A stretch of DNA of 64,000 bases from Rotaria socialis (lineage: Eukaryota), in NCBI GenBank assembly GCA_905331295.1, contig CAJNYD010000557.1, forward strand, positions 62,001 to 126,000. Direction: 5' to 3'. Of the stretch, positions 26,141 to 38,865 are shown piece by piece (the stretch's first letter is position 1; each line of letters opens with the position of its first letter). The position numbers were made by a program, and so were the translations under genes. A model generated the notes under the pieces. It made no database searches. It was not told where the DNA came from and worked only from the letters and a program-made list of their open reading frames with translations.

Positions 26141-26304
26141 ATAAAATTTTAATCGTTGTATACTATTTTACGCCTATTTTAGCTAGTTTTCATAAGATAT
26201 TACTTATCAATAGTATCAAGGGTTATCATTGTCAAACCAATGGAATAATCAGATCAACAACAATGAACAACAAACTATTAGAACCTTCATTTAGTAGACG
26301 TCGN

Positions 26305-26585
26305 ACCAAGGGAGTGATCATTCGATGGAAGTTCGCTCAACCATCGACGATAGTACTTTTCGGCCAAATCGAATTTTCCCATGTTTCTTAACACATCACC
26401 AAGAGAGAGAAGATTCGTTTCCTCTCTGTCGTATTCGTTCTTCATGTGATCATACAGTTGTTTGAGATCGTTGTCATGATCACTACATAATGTCATTCGA
26501 ATGATCGGCATTGTTGCATAAGCTGATAGTGATGATTGATCATGAGAAATCTCACTCAACCGAGAAATTGAGCCTAGCATGAAGA
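26305..26585 (-). pseudogene. Inverted partial copy of the TPR gene
   Basis: 26308-26506 is nearly identical to the reverse complement of 23625-23825; upstream reads LFMLGSISRL. Confidence 0.8.
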
Positions 26586-26834
26586 GTAGTTGGAACTTGT
26601 TAAGAACATCGGATATCTTTACATATAGGCAGTTGCTTTCTACAGTATTTTACTAATCAAGATTTATGCATTTATTTTTATTTGAAACTGAATGATATTT
26701 TTGGTTAAATGCATTGGAGAATTTCGTTTTTCAACAAGACTTCCTAAATAAATTCTATGCATTGAATGACTGATGCTAAGAAAAAAATAACCGACGCAGA
26801 TTGTTCGGAAAACTTGTGCCTTAATATTTGTTTA

Positions 26835-27620
26835 ATGGGTGATCGAAAAGTTTTTGCACAAGATTGAAATTCATATTTCTCATGTTCTACACGTGCTTTG
26901 TTTCTGTTTCGCCATGATTGAATGAGTAAATACTGAGTTTTGTCAAAAATATATTATTCATGTTCCCAGGAGATTCAATCCGACCAGTGGATCCGATCGT
27001 TTCCGACATCGGATCCTATGGATTCCGTTGCTTTTCGGTCGGCTCCGTTGAATTCCGACGATTTCCTAACTAACGGATCCCGGTCCGGTTTCCGCCGGAA
27101 AAATTCCGTTAAGTTCCGCAAAATTTCGACCCGGAATTCGTCGGAAATCGACGGAACCGATAGGAATCGATCGGAAATGGTCCGACGAAATCTGGGCCAG
27201 AATACGTTAGTTAGGAAATCGTCAGAATTCAACGGAACCGATTCCGACGTACCCTGATTCTCCTGGGTTTCAAAATGTGGACAATGAAAGACAAAGCAGC
27301 GGCAAAAAATATTGGCCAACCAAGAAAATTTCAGCTTATATGTAGTTTTATGTGCTCTATAAACTGGACAAAGAAAATCAGTACTTTATGCGAAGAGTCC
27401 AGTCTCCCTTTAACATTCATCTTGTCCAAACGAAAAAAAAGAACCTTCGAATAACTTTAGGAGAACATTGAGATAAAAGAACCATTTTCGATAATTTTAT
27501 TAAGCAACTTTAGACGTCCATAGTGTGTATATTTTGTGTAAAAAAAAGCAAAAACAAAGCATGAGTAGAACAAGAGAAATATGAATTTCAATCTTGTGCA
27601 AAAACTTTTCGATCACCCGT
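26835..27620. mobile_element. Tc1/mariner-like non-autonomous element with ~75-bp TIRs and TA TSD
   Basis: TA|ATGGGTGATCGAAAAGTTTTTGCACAAGATTGAAATTCATATTTCTC at left; its reverse complement ends at 27620|TA. Confidence 0.85.
26965..27267. mobile_element. CCCAGG-ended MITE (copy 2), nested in the mariner-like element
   Basis: CCCAGGAGATTCAATCCGA...GATTCTCCTGGG termini; internal TTCCGA/TCGGAA repeats and an internal inverted repeat. Confidence 0.7.
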
Positions 27621-29022
27621 TACCGTTTGATTACTGGAGAAATCATACTATAGTATTGGGCTTTTTGACGTTTTATAAGGATCTGAAAGTTCAATTAGGA
27701 TAGATCACATTTCTGATAGAGAATTTTGCAAAACAAAGACTATAGCAGCTGCTTTTTCGAAAATTTGCCAATGTACATCAGATATTTTCGAAAGTTTTAG
27801 GAAGCAATGTTAAAAATAAAATGAACTTTAATTAAATGGAAAAAAAGTGAAAAGTTTTTGCACATATTGGTGATGCAATTGATTTTAAGTGATATGTTAT
27901 ATTCGTAAAAATTGAAAATTAGTGGAGTCTGGCATGTTTTATTTGTGTGCCACATAGACTGAGATAGTTGACAGAACTGAACTAGCATAGACATTCTTGT
28001 ATTCGAATAAAATTACCACCAAATTTTTCTTTAGCCCTTGAAGGATGAACTAATTAAATAGAGCAGAATTGTGCACGATATCATCATCTCATCACAGTGG
28101 GTATACACATTTCCATACAAAACAGTCGCAGACTATTAAAGTAAAGTATGAGTCATCCACTTAAGAAGCAAGATCTTAAATAAGAATGATTCAGATACGA
28201 TGTAATATAACTGTGGCGTGGAAGTGATAGAATTATAGTGGTTATATCGCAAAATATAATCTCTCTATCAACCACACCAATTTTCTCAAAGTTTTTATTG
28301 TCATAACTTATTTTAATAGAGAAATCAATACGATATCTAGAATAACCACAAATGACCCTATTTAAAAAGTTTAACTGGTTATTGTGCAGATAAGAATCGA
28401 GCGACTCTAAATAAAGCTAATTATTTCCTTCTAAGCCTTAGCATAAGAGCTATCGAGATTTCAAAGGGAGCTATTGATTATTCAAGTAACTAATATACTT
28501 GTCACTCGATTTTTTTATGCTGATTACGAATTGAAATGGGAAAATTCTAGAAAATCTTCGATTTGCACAGAATCTTTAAAAAAATTCTGAAACTGAAAGA
28601 ATGAAAGAAAGCCAAGCAAATCCCACAACACTATGCTCTCATCAAGATGAGTCACTAGCTTTATCTTAACAACAGTATCCTAAATTGAGCAAAAAAAAAC
28701 TAAATACGCATAGATAAATGTCGTCTTTATTAAACTCAAAATAGAATTTTCTCTACAGGCTTCCGTTTACATTCGCACCAAGGTTGGCGATATCTAATAA
28801 AACGTGTTCTGAAAAATACCGGCTCAGCAAAATTCTGCGTATGTTGAATCAGTAACATCTCAGATAAATTTTCCAGAGATTTTATTTTAGCAAAAACAAA
28901 CATTTCTAAATTCATCAATGCTATGCAGCATACTCCTCCATTCAAAAGTATATACAAAACGGTCAAGACTAATTTTACAGAAAAATATCAGAACCATTCT
29001 CTTCCATTGTTCAGATCATTGA

Positions 29023-30586
29023 TTATCGATTTGTAGTCAACCATTTAAATAAAGATCGTCTTGGAAACAGTAACATTAAAATTAAATTAATAAAGAAAAG
29101 GATTCCATAAGCGGCATAAATATATAATGATATATATCGTCTTGGTGTTGGAAGAATAGCTAGATGAGCCGTTTTAGTAGCTAAATAAAATTTCGATAGC
29201 ACGATTAAGTTTTTCTCATAATTAATTTCGATATATCATACCACTATCAAGTAAAAGAACAACATATCCAATCCTCGCCACACCCATTCGATATGAACAT
29301 GTTGGTGTAGTTATTTCATAGATAAAACGTTTTTCATTCAGATCGATAGAAAGAATTGATTGTGATAAGTATTCTCTTGCCATAACACGATTGGTCATAT
29401 TAATTCGATCATATGCAAATATATGAAACTAGAAAGAGAAGCATACTTATATACTGTGATTGAGGGAGTCTTAAATCAATGTACATACATGATGACTATC
29501 ACCTTTGAGAATAAGATTTGGTTCTAGTTCATTGATAAATGGTTTAACAAAACGAGCAGAACGTGTTAATAAAGGCCAATGATTCAGTACGACGCGAAAT
29601 ATAGATGTTAATGGACGATTTTGCGTTTGTTCCATTATTGAAACACGTTTACCATCAACATAAGATTCAAACATATCGATATCTAACTAAAATTAAAAGC
29701 AAACAGTACAAAATTAGCAGGATAGTAATGCATGGTATTTTTCGTTAAAAATTACTTTAAGATATTCAATTTCATTTTGTCGATATAAAGCAATCGTTCG
29801 ACCAAAATAATTTCGAAAACGTTGCCTTAATATGGGGTGTTTATCTCCATAATATTCTCCACCAACATCATTGTCACCAGGGATAACAATACATTTTTGT
29901 TCACGATTTTCATATTGAAATATTGAATCAAATCGCTCAAAATATCGTTTAAATTCATCATCGGTTGCTGATAAACCTTCATCAAAGATATCGCCCAAAA
30001 AAAGAATCCAATCCGGTTGGACATATTGATTTGCTTGAGAAAACGTTTTAGCAAGATATCTATACAAAATGTCATTCACTGATTACTGAGAACGATTGTT
30101 GATGACTTGAAGTCATAGTTGATTATAAAATACGAGTGTTCATACCTATCGGAATCCTGTCTTGTAATTAGTCCAAAAAATCCTTCATCTTTTTCACCAA
30201 TTAATTGTGGATCAGCAACAAGAAGAAGTTTTACAACAGTAGGCCTAAAAAAGATATATCATACACTAAGTAATCTTGCATTTATTTTTTATAGCTCTTG
30301 TTAATATTCTGAATCATTTTTTCGCGATATGAATTTCTTCTTACTTTTTGGCTAATTCTTCAATATCGGGCCAATGAACTCGACTCCATTCATAGAGCAA
30401 AACTTCATTAATAAAAATTACTAAAATAGCAGTTATCATCAAAAATCCATATTGTGTCCAGATCCACCGTTTAAATCTTGTTCGAAAACATAAACTATTT
30501 GGTAAAAATCTCGATGATGTTTTTAATCTATTCATGTCAGTTTTTGATTCTGTATTCGTAGATAATTGATGACGCCGGACTAGCAT
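29023..30586 (-). CDS. MPPE1: Metallophosphoesterase 1-like (MPPE1/PGAP5/Cdc1/Ted1 family), two TM segments
   Basis: Six exons; ADPQL, LGDIFDEG, IPGDNDVG, NHWPL, GDSHH, PTCSYRMG motifs; N- and C-terminal TM segments; symbol indicates family, orthology uncertain. Confidence 0.8.
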
Positions 30587-30702
30587 AATGCTTTTTTCCT
30601 ATCATTGTTTCATGAAGTGAAAAATCTAGAACAAGATTATGTCATCGAGTTTATCCCTAGTTACAAACAATAGAGAAAAAAAAATAAAAGAAAAACTCTT
30701 CA

Positions 30703-33700
30703 TTAATCACTGATATTTTTTTCATGCAATTTTTTCAAACGTTCAATTGCATCGTACAAATCTTTTGGAAATGTCGCCGTTGTTTCCTGTATTCGCAATG
30801 ATATACCATACATTTCCTTGTATTCTTCATATATGGATTTTTTATTATTTATTGTTTTGTATATTTTAACGATTTCTTTAAGAAATGTTTGTATACGTCC
30901 ATTTAATATCGATAAAAGGCGTTGTGATTCTTGTACGAATGTTTCGTTATAATCATCGGGATCGGAACTTGTTCTGTGCTGTTCAATTATACCAACACAT
31001 TCTTGACATTGGAATGCGGCACGTAAGCCTTGTTGAGAATGCTTTAAACGCGATTGACTATCCGTTGCACCTATAGGTAAAAACAGTGTGTCATTTATTT
31101 ATAAAAATGGAAGATGAATCAAGGTAACTTGAGAATATTTGAAACGAGACTATTGAAGCCAATCTAGTCGTACGAACCGAAACTTTGGGAATCACTCAAG
31201 TTACCATGATTTATTATCTATTATAGTTACTTTGAAGTTCAAAATCTGCTAATGCAACTTCTTCAATTAAGAGCCGTAAATATTCAAGTGGATTATCACG
31301 AGGTGAAAATAATTCTAGAGCTTTTTGATAATGTAATGATGCCAGTGCGCGTAAACGTTTTCGACGAGCTGCATTATTCTAAAACAAATTAGGTCAGACC
31401 AATTTTTCGAAGTGAATGTTTTCATATAAAAACCAACTCTCTTCGTTTTTTAACTTACTTGAGTACGAAACGTATGATGCAATAAAGAAGCTAATCGATG
31501 ATGAATTGTAGCAGCTCGGTATTTAGCTAATGCAAAACGATCTGATGATGGCGTATTAAGTTCTACTTCAATATATTTTAATGCTCGTGTCATACAATCA
31601 ATAATTTCTTTTTCGATCTAAACAAATTCCAGAGGAAAAAAGCTTAAGATTTGAAATTTATCTTCGTTTTACATCGTCCTGTGACATTGTCATTAATGGT
31701 GCAAAGTCTTGAAGTGCTGTCGCCATTGTGAAATAAGCATTTGACAATTCCCACGATAGAGTACGATAAACTTCGTGTAGATCAGCACGACTTTCGACTA
31801 GCTTTAAACCTTTCAAATAATAATCAAACGCTTTTTGATAACTTTGCCGTTCTTGTTGAGAGAATTCTTGTCGGACACCGTTTACTACCGGAGCATAGAA
31901 TTGTGCATAGTACCGCATTAAACGTCCAAGATTTGAATATGTCAATGCTATATTTGATACGTCATTTATTTTTTCAAATGCTTGAATGCCAGCATCAAAA
32001 CTTTCGAAACATTTTCGAAATTGATCTTTCGTTTCCTAAATGCAATATCATTAATTAGCCTGCTGAAATTTTTAGTGTTTTTGAAAACACTGATACTGCC
32101 TTAAATTTCGGACATCTTTTCGCTGTACCTTAGCTGCTTCTTGATCTAAATTTTTGACCGCTTGCGCACATTTATTCATCCAATAGACACCCATTTCATT
32201 TCGCACGTTTCCAAAACGTTTTGTTAATAAATTTAAACGTTTTTTTTCATGATCGCCAAGATTGCGAACTATGTTTATTGCATATTCATAAGCGTGTACA
32301 CTAGCAAATAGATTGCGATCAATAACCGGTGTTAATTCCGAAACCCACGAAAATTCTGAATACAAAAAGAAACCATATAAAACTCAATCTCGATAAAAGT
32401 TGTTACCCGAAGAATTGGCGTTGACTCCAACTTCATCAGTAACTTTTTGGATTTCAACATCAACTTCACTCATTTCATTATACTGTTCACGATATTTTTC
32501 GACTTCTTCTGCTGTTATATGTGCAATCATTAATCGACAATCACCAGCAATACTCATTATATAGGATAATAATTTTTTACATTCGCTACTACTATTATTA
32601 TGATCCATTGATTGAAGTTTTAATTCGGCACCTATAATAAAAATTCGAATTTTTGAAAAGAATCAATGATTTCATTTCGAAAATCTCTTACTATAACAGT
32701 TAAGTCCCAAGCGAAGATAACGAAGACAAGAACCATAATGTTTTTCTTTTTCACTTCGATCAACGAGACAAAAATAAGCAGCAGCAGCTTTATGTAAAAT
32801 AATTGCTTTCAAACGATTATCATTGGTTAAATGATTTTTATTGTCAATTAAAACTTTCGATGAATGTCGCGTAGCTTGATAAGGTAATGGAACAATAACT
32901 TTTGATTTTTCATCAGTATTCGTTGATGACGTTTCTTGTTCATTGGTTTGCTCAGAAGTAGCTTGAACTCGACGATGGATTGCATTACTTCGAAGAGCCT
33001 ATTCGAAATATGACCGAAAGTACCGAATCTGTCATAGTCAAGTCCATCTAATAGCTTACCTCAACTAAATATTTAAGTGCTTCGGTAGCTCGTTTATCTA
33101 GATTTCCATGAATTGGTGCGAGACGTTCGACGTCAGGAGTTTTTCGAAATCGATTTTGTTGAGGTTGTGCAAGCTGTTTAATATTCACACAAGTATACAA
33201 ATGTGAATCATTTTCTTCTACAAACGATAACTATAAAAAAAAAATATAGTAAAATAACAAAATCCTAATTCTTTCTTACATCATCGTCTAGTGAGTCCGG
33301 ATCTGGAATATCGCTTCCATCTGATGTCCAACTTTGTTCACTAACATTATCATCGATATAAAGATCAGACATCATATATGCAGCAGCACAATGATATTCA
33401 GGAAATTTCTCTGGATTCAACATATCTAAACAATGTTTCAATAATGTGCGGATTGTGCCGGATTCTTTTGAACGTGTTTCATGATCAGATTTTGATAACA
33501 TATTAAGAGCCATTTTATAAAGTAAAGTAGCCACCGGTAATGTATAAGGATTATCATCGCGACTTGTGTCACACAGACTTGTTAAATCATATAATTTAAC
33601 AATATCATCATCGGGACCTATGCAATTCATTACATTTTATTATTGTTAATAAAGAAGTTCGTTTTACCTTTAAATAACCAATATGTATGTCCTTCTTTAG

Positions 33701-35033
33701 TTGCATTTGCTTTGAGAAATGAAAGAAGATTTGTTGCTAAATTACGTATGACATTCGCTGGAAATTCACAACCTTCACGATAGGGCAATTCTTCGGTTTT
33801 AACTATTTCATAGGATTGAACAATGCCATCAACATGATAACACATAGCGAGTTCAGGAACATTACACATTAAATTATCAAGCCAACAATCAATACCAGTT
33901 AAGACATTTATAGGTTTATTCATATCTCTATTGAAAACAACGGTATAACATGTTCTTGGAAAATCCTAACAATACCTTAAACGTAAACTAACAGCCGGAT
34001 GCTGTTCATCGCCGAAAATCGGTAAATCGGAACCAATTAACATTTTCATATTTTCAAATGTCCAATTAACTGTTCGTTGAAATGGTGATGACGATGATTT
34101 ACTATGAGCATCATGATTTTCGAAATCATTATTTGCATTAACAAGATTTTTGATTTGTTGAAGAAGTGTTGCAGCAGTGGCTTCATTTGTTGATGATGTT
34201 TGACATTCATTGTTATCGGAATTCTCGGGTATGATTTGAGGTAATTCAACACTAATTAGATAATAGTCAATATGTAAAAATAAATAAACATGAGTTAATA
34301 CCTTTGACATAAAAATTTAACTAAACGATCTTTTTTTATAAGTTCATCACGTGTTTTATTTTTTTTATAAAAATGTTTCACTGATATATTTCGTGAAATA
34401 GAATCAAGAAAAAAATCTCGAAACCATGTCCATTCATTCTAAATAAAAATAACGTTCAAAAAAAAATAAATAACAACGCACTATATCAATTGTTACTTTT
34501 TCAAGACGTAACAAATGTGAATGAACATCGAATTCATCAATGAGTATAGTTCGACCCAAACGATGTACCATCATTGATATTTGGCTGTGTTTATTGAATG
34601 ATACTTTTAGTAATTTTTTTATATGCTATTCGACAACACAGCAATTTCTATTTTTTCACTCGATGAATATTAATATACGAACCTCAGCATCGGTGATAAG
34701 ATCAACATCACCCAAACTATCTGTATTTGTATTTGCCCAACGAAAACTAAAGGGTTTAATGAATATCCTCTTGTAAATCAAAAACTTGTTGTTTACCTTC
34801 CGAAGATATCATCGTGTTTTGCACTCTGTTGAAGCCAATATGAAAGTAATGTTGCTATATTACTGTTCCATATTGGTATTTCATTCAAATCTATGAAAGA
34901 GAACAGTATTGATAGAGAAAACATGAAATGAAATTCTCTTATCACCTGTATCTTTGTCCAAAAAAGTACATTTAAAAAAAGGAAATGTTGATGGTGAATT
35001 CATTGAGACTAGACTTGATGATGATTCCGTCAT
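30703..35033 (-). CDS. EDRF1: Erythroid differentiation-related factor 1
   Basis: Multi-exon; LIGSDLPIFG, AVSLRL, KPINVLTGIDCWLDNLMCNVPELAMCYH, NATKEGHTYWLFKG, VKLYDLTSLC, TPR-like C-terminal half. Confidence 0.9.
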
Positions 35034-35244
35034 GGTAATTTCAATTTTATCGAAAAATATCTATGTTGAGAAAAAACAAAAACTCATATTATTTTCTATT
35101 TTCTACCGATTGACGGTAGTTCATAAGCCAATGGAGTTAGTTTTCTCTGTATAATTTATTGGTTTGCAATTGTACCAATCGAAATGGATTCAATCGAATT
35201 GTCATCTGAAACAGTCGCGTATATCAACACTTACTTAAGATAAC
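35034..35244. promoter_or_regulatory. Putative bidirectional promoter between EDRF1 and PIGW
   Basis: Head-to-head start codons 211 bp apart; ATTGG and CCAAT boxes near 35158 and 35175. Confidence 0.55.
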
Positions 35245-36564
35245 ATGGACGATTATCGTCATCGTAAAGAATTATTTGTCAGTAATTTAAATGGTACAAC
35301 ACTGTCTGAGACAGGTTCTATCTTACTGAATGGTTGTGCGACGTATTTCCTATGTCAACTGGTAAAAGTTAACATTGCAAAGTCTTCATTCCTTAATCTT
35401 CTCCTTGAAAATTCTATTATCGTAATTCCACCGTTGTTCGTCTGCACTTTATTATCATCATTCAATTATTTATTTCTCATCGTTCTTTGGTCTCTTTGTT
35501 TTCTTATTTATTTTACGCAAAAAGCTTCGGCAATCAAACTCATTCAAACTAACAATAAATCATATTCTAGTACAATTGAATTATTTCGTGGTCAGATATT
35601 AATTGCAACATGCTTATGTATCCTTGCAGTTGACTTTCCTATATTTCCTCGTCGATATGCTAAAACAGAAAATTACGGTTATTCACTAATGGATAAAGGC
35701 GTTGGCTTATTTGCATTAGCACATGGCATCGTTAGCGCCGAAGCTCGAAATAAACAGACAAGTTTAAAAGACTTGTTTCTCGAAAATTTTATTCTATTTC
35801 TATTAGGATTGATCAGATTAATATCGATAAAATATTTTTCCTACGTTGAACATGTCAGTGAATATGGTATTCATTGGAATTTCTTTTTAACATTATGTTT
35901 TATGAAATTAATTGGATATTATTTATTCAAATTAATTAAAAATATTCATTTATTGATTATTTTAATCCTAAGTTTTCATGAATTTATTTTATTGAAATAT
36001 TTTCATTATGACGATTATTTAATATCGTCAAATAATTTAAGAACGAATTTTATCGATGCTAATCGCGAAGGAATATTTTCATTAGGTGGATACGTTTGTT
36101 TATATTTAATTGGAATTTCATGTGGAAGATTTATAATTAAATATGAATACGAGCAAAAATTTAAACAAATGGGAATAAGATTTTTTATTCTAATGATTAT
36201 TTTATGTGCAATCAGTTATAATCCTTCGAGAAAATTATGTAATTTATCATATATTTCAAGTACGACTGGATTAGCTTGTATGTGTTTTGCTTGCTACAGT
36301 GTGATTCAATGGTTATTGTTACGAAAAAGTTATTCAATAGAATCGATGTTAATTAAAAATTTCAATCTTAAAGGTTTAGATATATTTTTATTAGCTAATG
36401 TATTAACAGGAATAGTGAATTTAAATATTAATACAATTGATTCATCAGATTTTACATCATTCATGATCATTTTACTTTATATGTTTACTGTTAGTTCATT
36501 TACATATTTTTGTCCATCGATCATTAAATTAATTTTGAAATATTTAAAATTATCGAAAAAATAA
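35245..36564 (+). CDS. PIGW: GPI inositol acyltransferase PIG-W / GWT1
   Basis: 439-aa intronless ORF; KELFVSNLNGT, ILAVDFPIFPRRYAKTENYGYSLMD, EHVSEYGIHWNFFLTL, NREGIFSLGGY, FLLANVLTGIVN. Confidence 0.95.
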   Translation: MDDYRHRKELFVSNLNGTTLSETGSILLNGCATYFLCQLVKVNIAKSSFLNLLLENSIIVIPPLFVCTLLSSFNYLFLIVLWSLCFLIYFTQKASAIKLIQTNNKSYSSTIELFRGQILIATCLCILAVDFPIFPRRYAKTENYGYSLMDKGVGLFALAHGIVSAEARNKQTSLKDLFLENFILFLLGLIRLISIKYFSYVEHVSEYGIHWNFFLTLCFMKLIGYYLFKLIKNIHLLIILILSFHEFILLKYFHYDDYLISSNNLRTNFIDANREGIFSLGGYVCLYLIGISCGRFIIKYEYEQKFKQMGIRFFILMIILCAISYNPSRKLCNLSYISSTTGLACMCFACYSVIQWLLLRKSYSIESMLIKNFNLKGLDIFLLANVLTGIVNLNINTIDSSDFTSFMIILLYMFTVSSFTYFCPSIIKLILKYLKLSKK

Positions 36565-36939
36565 CATGTGATATGTCTTTGCATGACAATTTCCACGAAC
36601 TTTTTTCCTTTTTTTTAAATTTTAAATAAAGAAGTAATTTCAATCGAATAGTATTCAATTGCTGGTATTAGTTACGGCAGGAAAGTTCTGACGAAATAGA
36701 TAGATGGCGTTAGACTGCTTGATTTTCAATAAGTATGAAATATATGTAAATGTTGATTAAAAAAAAAGAAAGAGTAATACAGTAATAAAACGAAAAAGCT
36801 GTCGTCTAAAATTCTACGCCACTACGCATTGAATGACAAACAAAAGAAGCAAAAAAAAATGACTTTGTGTGACTAACTGCAAACCGACTGATTCATATAG
36901 ATAAAAGTTCGTGTATAAAATAAATGCTTGTTATTGTTT

Positions 36940-38189
36940 TTAAAATTCTTTGCCACCTAAATAAAATGAAAATAAAATAGGCTAACTCTATTGTTTTCTT
37001 TTTCACTTACGTTCGACTCTAACATTACATGATCGTTCAACTTTGCCTAATGAATTACTGGCAACGCATGTATATGAACCTTGATCATTGAATTCTAAAG
37101 ATTGAATTTGAAGCCATGATGTTATAACATGTGCATTGGGTCCACCACGAACTAATGTTGATATGCGATCATCATCAGCTATAAAAAAAAAGTATACTTA
37201 TGTACATCAAATATTTGATTATCAATCATATTCACTTGGATAGACAATTTGCTTTCCTGTTTGCGATCGATAGACCCATTCAACAACAGGTAATGGGACA
37301 CCAGCAACTTCACATGTCAAAAAAACATTACTTCCTGTTTTATTTGTAACGCTTACAGGTGGTACAGTTATTTCCGGTGCTAAAAAATGATACAACGAGA
37401 TTCTTCTATTGGCGAAAAACAAAACTACCCTACCTGTATCGCATGGTTTACGTCTTACTACTTTAATAATTGGCTTTTGTTCAATTTTAGCTAGCTTGCT
37501 CGATTCCATTAAATGACAATAATTACGATAGGTTTTTCCATCGGAACTAATTATATGATGATTAATGTATTTTTAAAGCCATCGGTTTATTTTTCACATA
37601 CCCGCAAACTTCTACTTGATCATTGCATTCACATCGTGCCTCGCGTCGTCCACCACGAGCATCCATATGAACTCTATATGTTTAGAAGAAGAAAAAATAA
37701 TAATAATATTTTATAATCTCCTTCAGTTGATTATTCATCAAGCATGTAATTTCAGAGGATCTTCTATTAAAATTTCTTGCAAGACTATTCAAATATTTGA
37801 TACCTACTTGCACTGAAGACTTTCACCGCAGGCTTCATATTGTTTGCTTGATGGAACATCGGGATGGTTGCATTGTTCGCTCTATTGATTATAAAACGTT
37901 TTTGAATATACATGCATTTATTAGTTTTACGAATCATCTACGAACTTCGCGTTGAGCACAAACTTGACAACAACCACATCTATCGAGTGTCAATCCAGCA
38001 AGACATTCTTTGTCCGATGTCTACAAATATTATTTTGGTAAAAGGAAAAAATACGAAAATAAAAATAAAGAACTTTACTAATGGACATTTCGATGAATCG
38101 CATGGTTCGCACGATCCTGTTTGACCTGAGACAATCGAATAGACGACTGCCAAAATGAATAATGTTAAAATACGAAGAATAGCCATCAT
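36940..38189 (-). CDS. IGFBP-related protein (signal peptide, IB domain, Kazal, Ig; IGFBP7/IGFBPL1/KAZALD1-like)
   Basis: Eight exons: CEPCDSSKCP, LDRCGCCQVCAQRE, VCG|SDGKTYRNYCHL, PEITVPP...LTCEVAGVPLPVVEW, VRGGP...WLQIQSL...GSYTCVASNSLG. Confidence 0.9.
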
Positions 38190-38865
38190 ATATAATCAAT
38201 ACTAATGAGTAGATATCTTGTTTGTTCTGTCTTCTTTCGTTCTCGTTACTGCCAATATTATATTTTTATGACTGTGGTTAGACGAGAGAAAGACGGGCGT
38301 TCCGTACAACAACCGCGATGATATATTGACAAATCTCTAACCGATATAGAGAAAAGAAGAGGAAAAAACAGGCCCGAGCAACGACGCCGACGATTATACC
38401 GACAAAAAAAATGACTTAGCCTTGATTTAGTGATATTCCATACGAGCATATCTCTATGTACTAGTCTACTCCAGTGAAGCAAAAATAATGGCCTTCTTAT
38501 TTTCTTTATCCTTCATATATCGTACATATGTGACGATGGATAAGAAAATTCTAGCAAAAAAACAAATAATCCTTTGACTAATAGAATAGTCTTGTTATTG
38601 CATAAACATTGCTCTTTTCCTTCGGTATTCATATCATCTGGCTGTATGGTGAGTAATCGATTGTATAATCGACGTAAATATAAAAGAGCAGGCAGCAGAT
38701 AAAACTCTACCATACGGCGTTTTGATGCAATTAGTATGATCATTGATACCGAGCAGACAGTGTTTGATATTGTCCTTCAGCGCTTGATGAAAAACAACTC
38801 GCATAGTTACAAAAGAAAATAATTCTTTTATTTTTATGTTTTCGGATTTTTGAACTGATGATAAA

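Noticed and set aside
26940..27319. Overlapping 105-aa and 114-aa ORFs
   Set aside because: Confined to the GC-richer CCCAGG MITE; no domain-like content
35245..36564. Intronless PIGW as possible retrocopy or horizontal transfer
   Set aside because: PIGW coding regions are also single-exon in other animals such as human; composition matches neighbours; no poly-A or TSD
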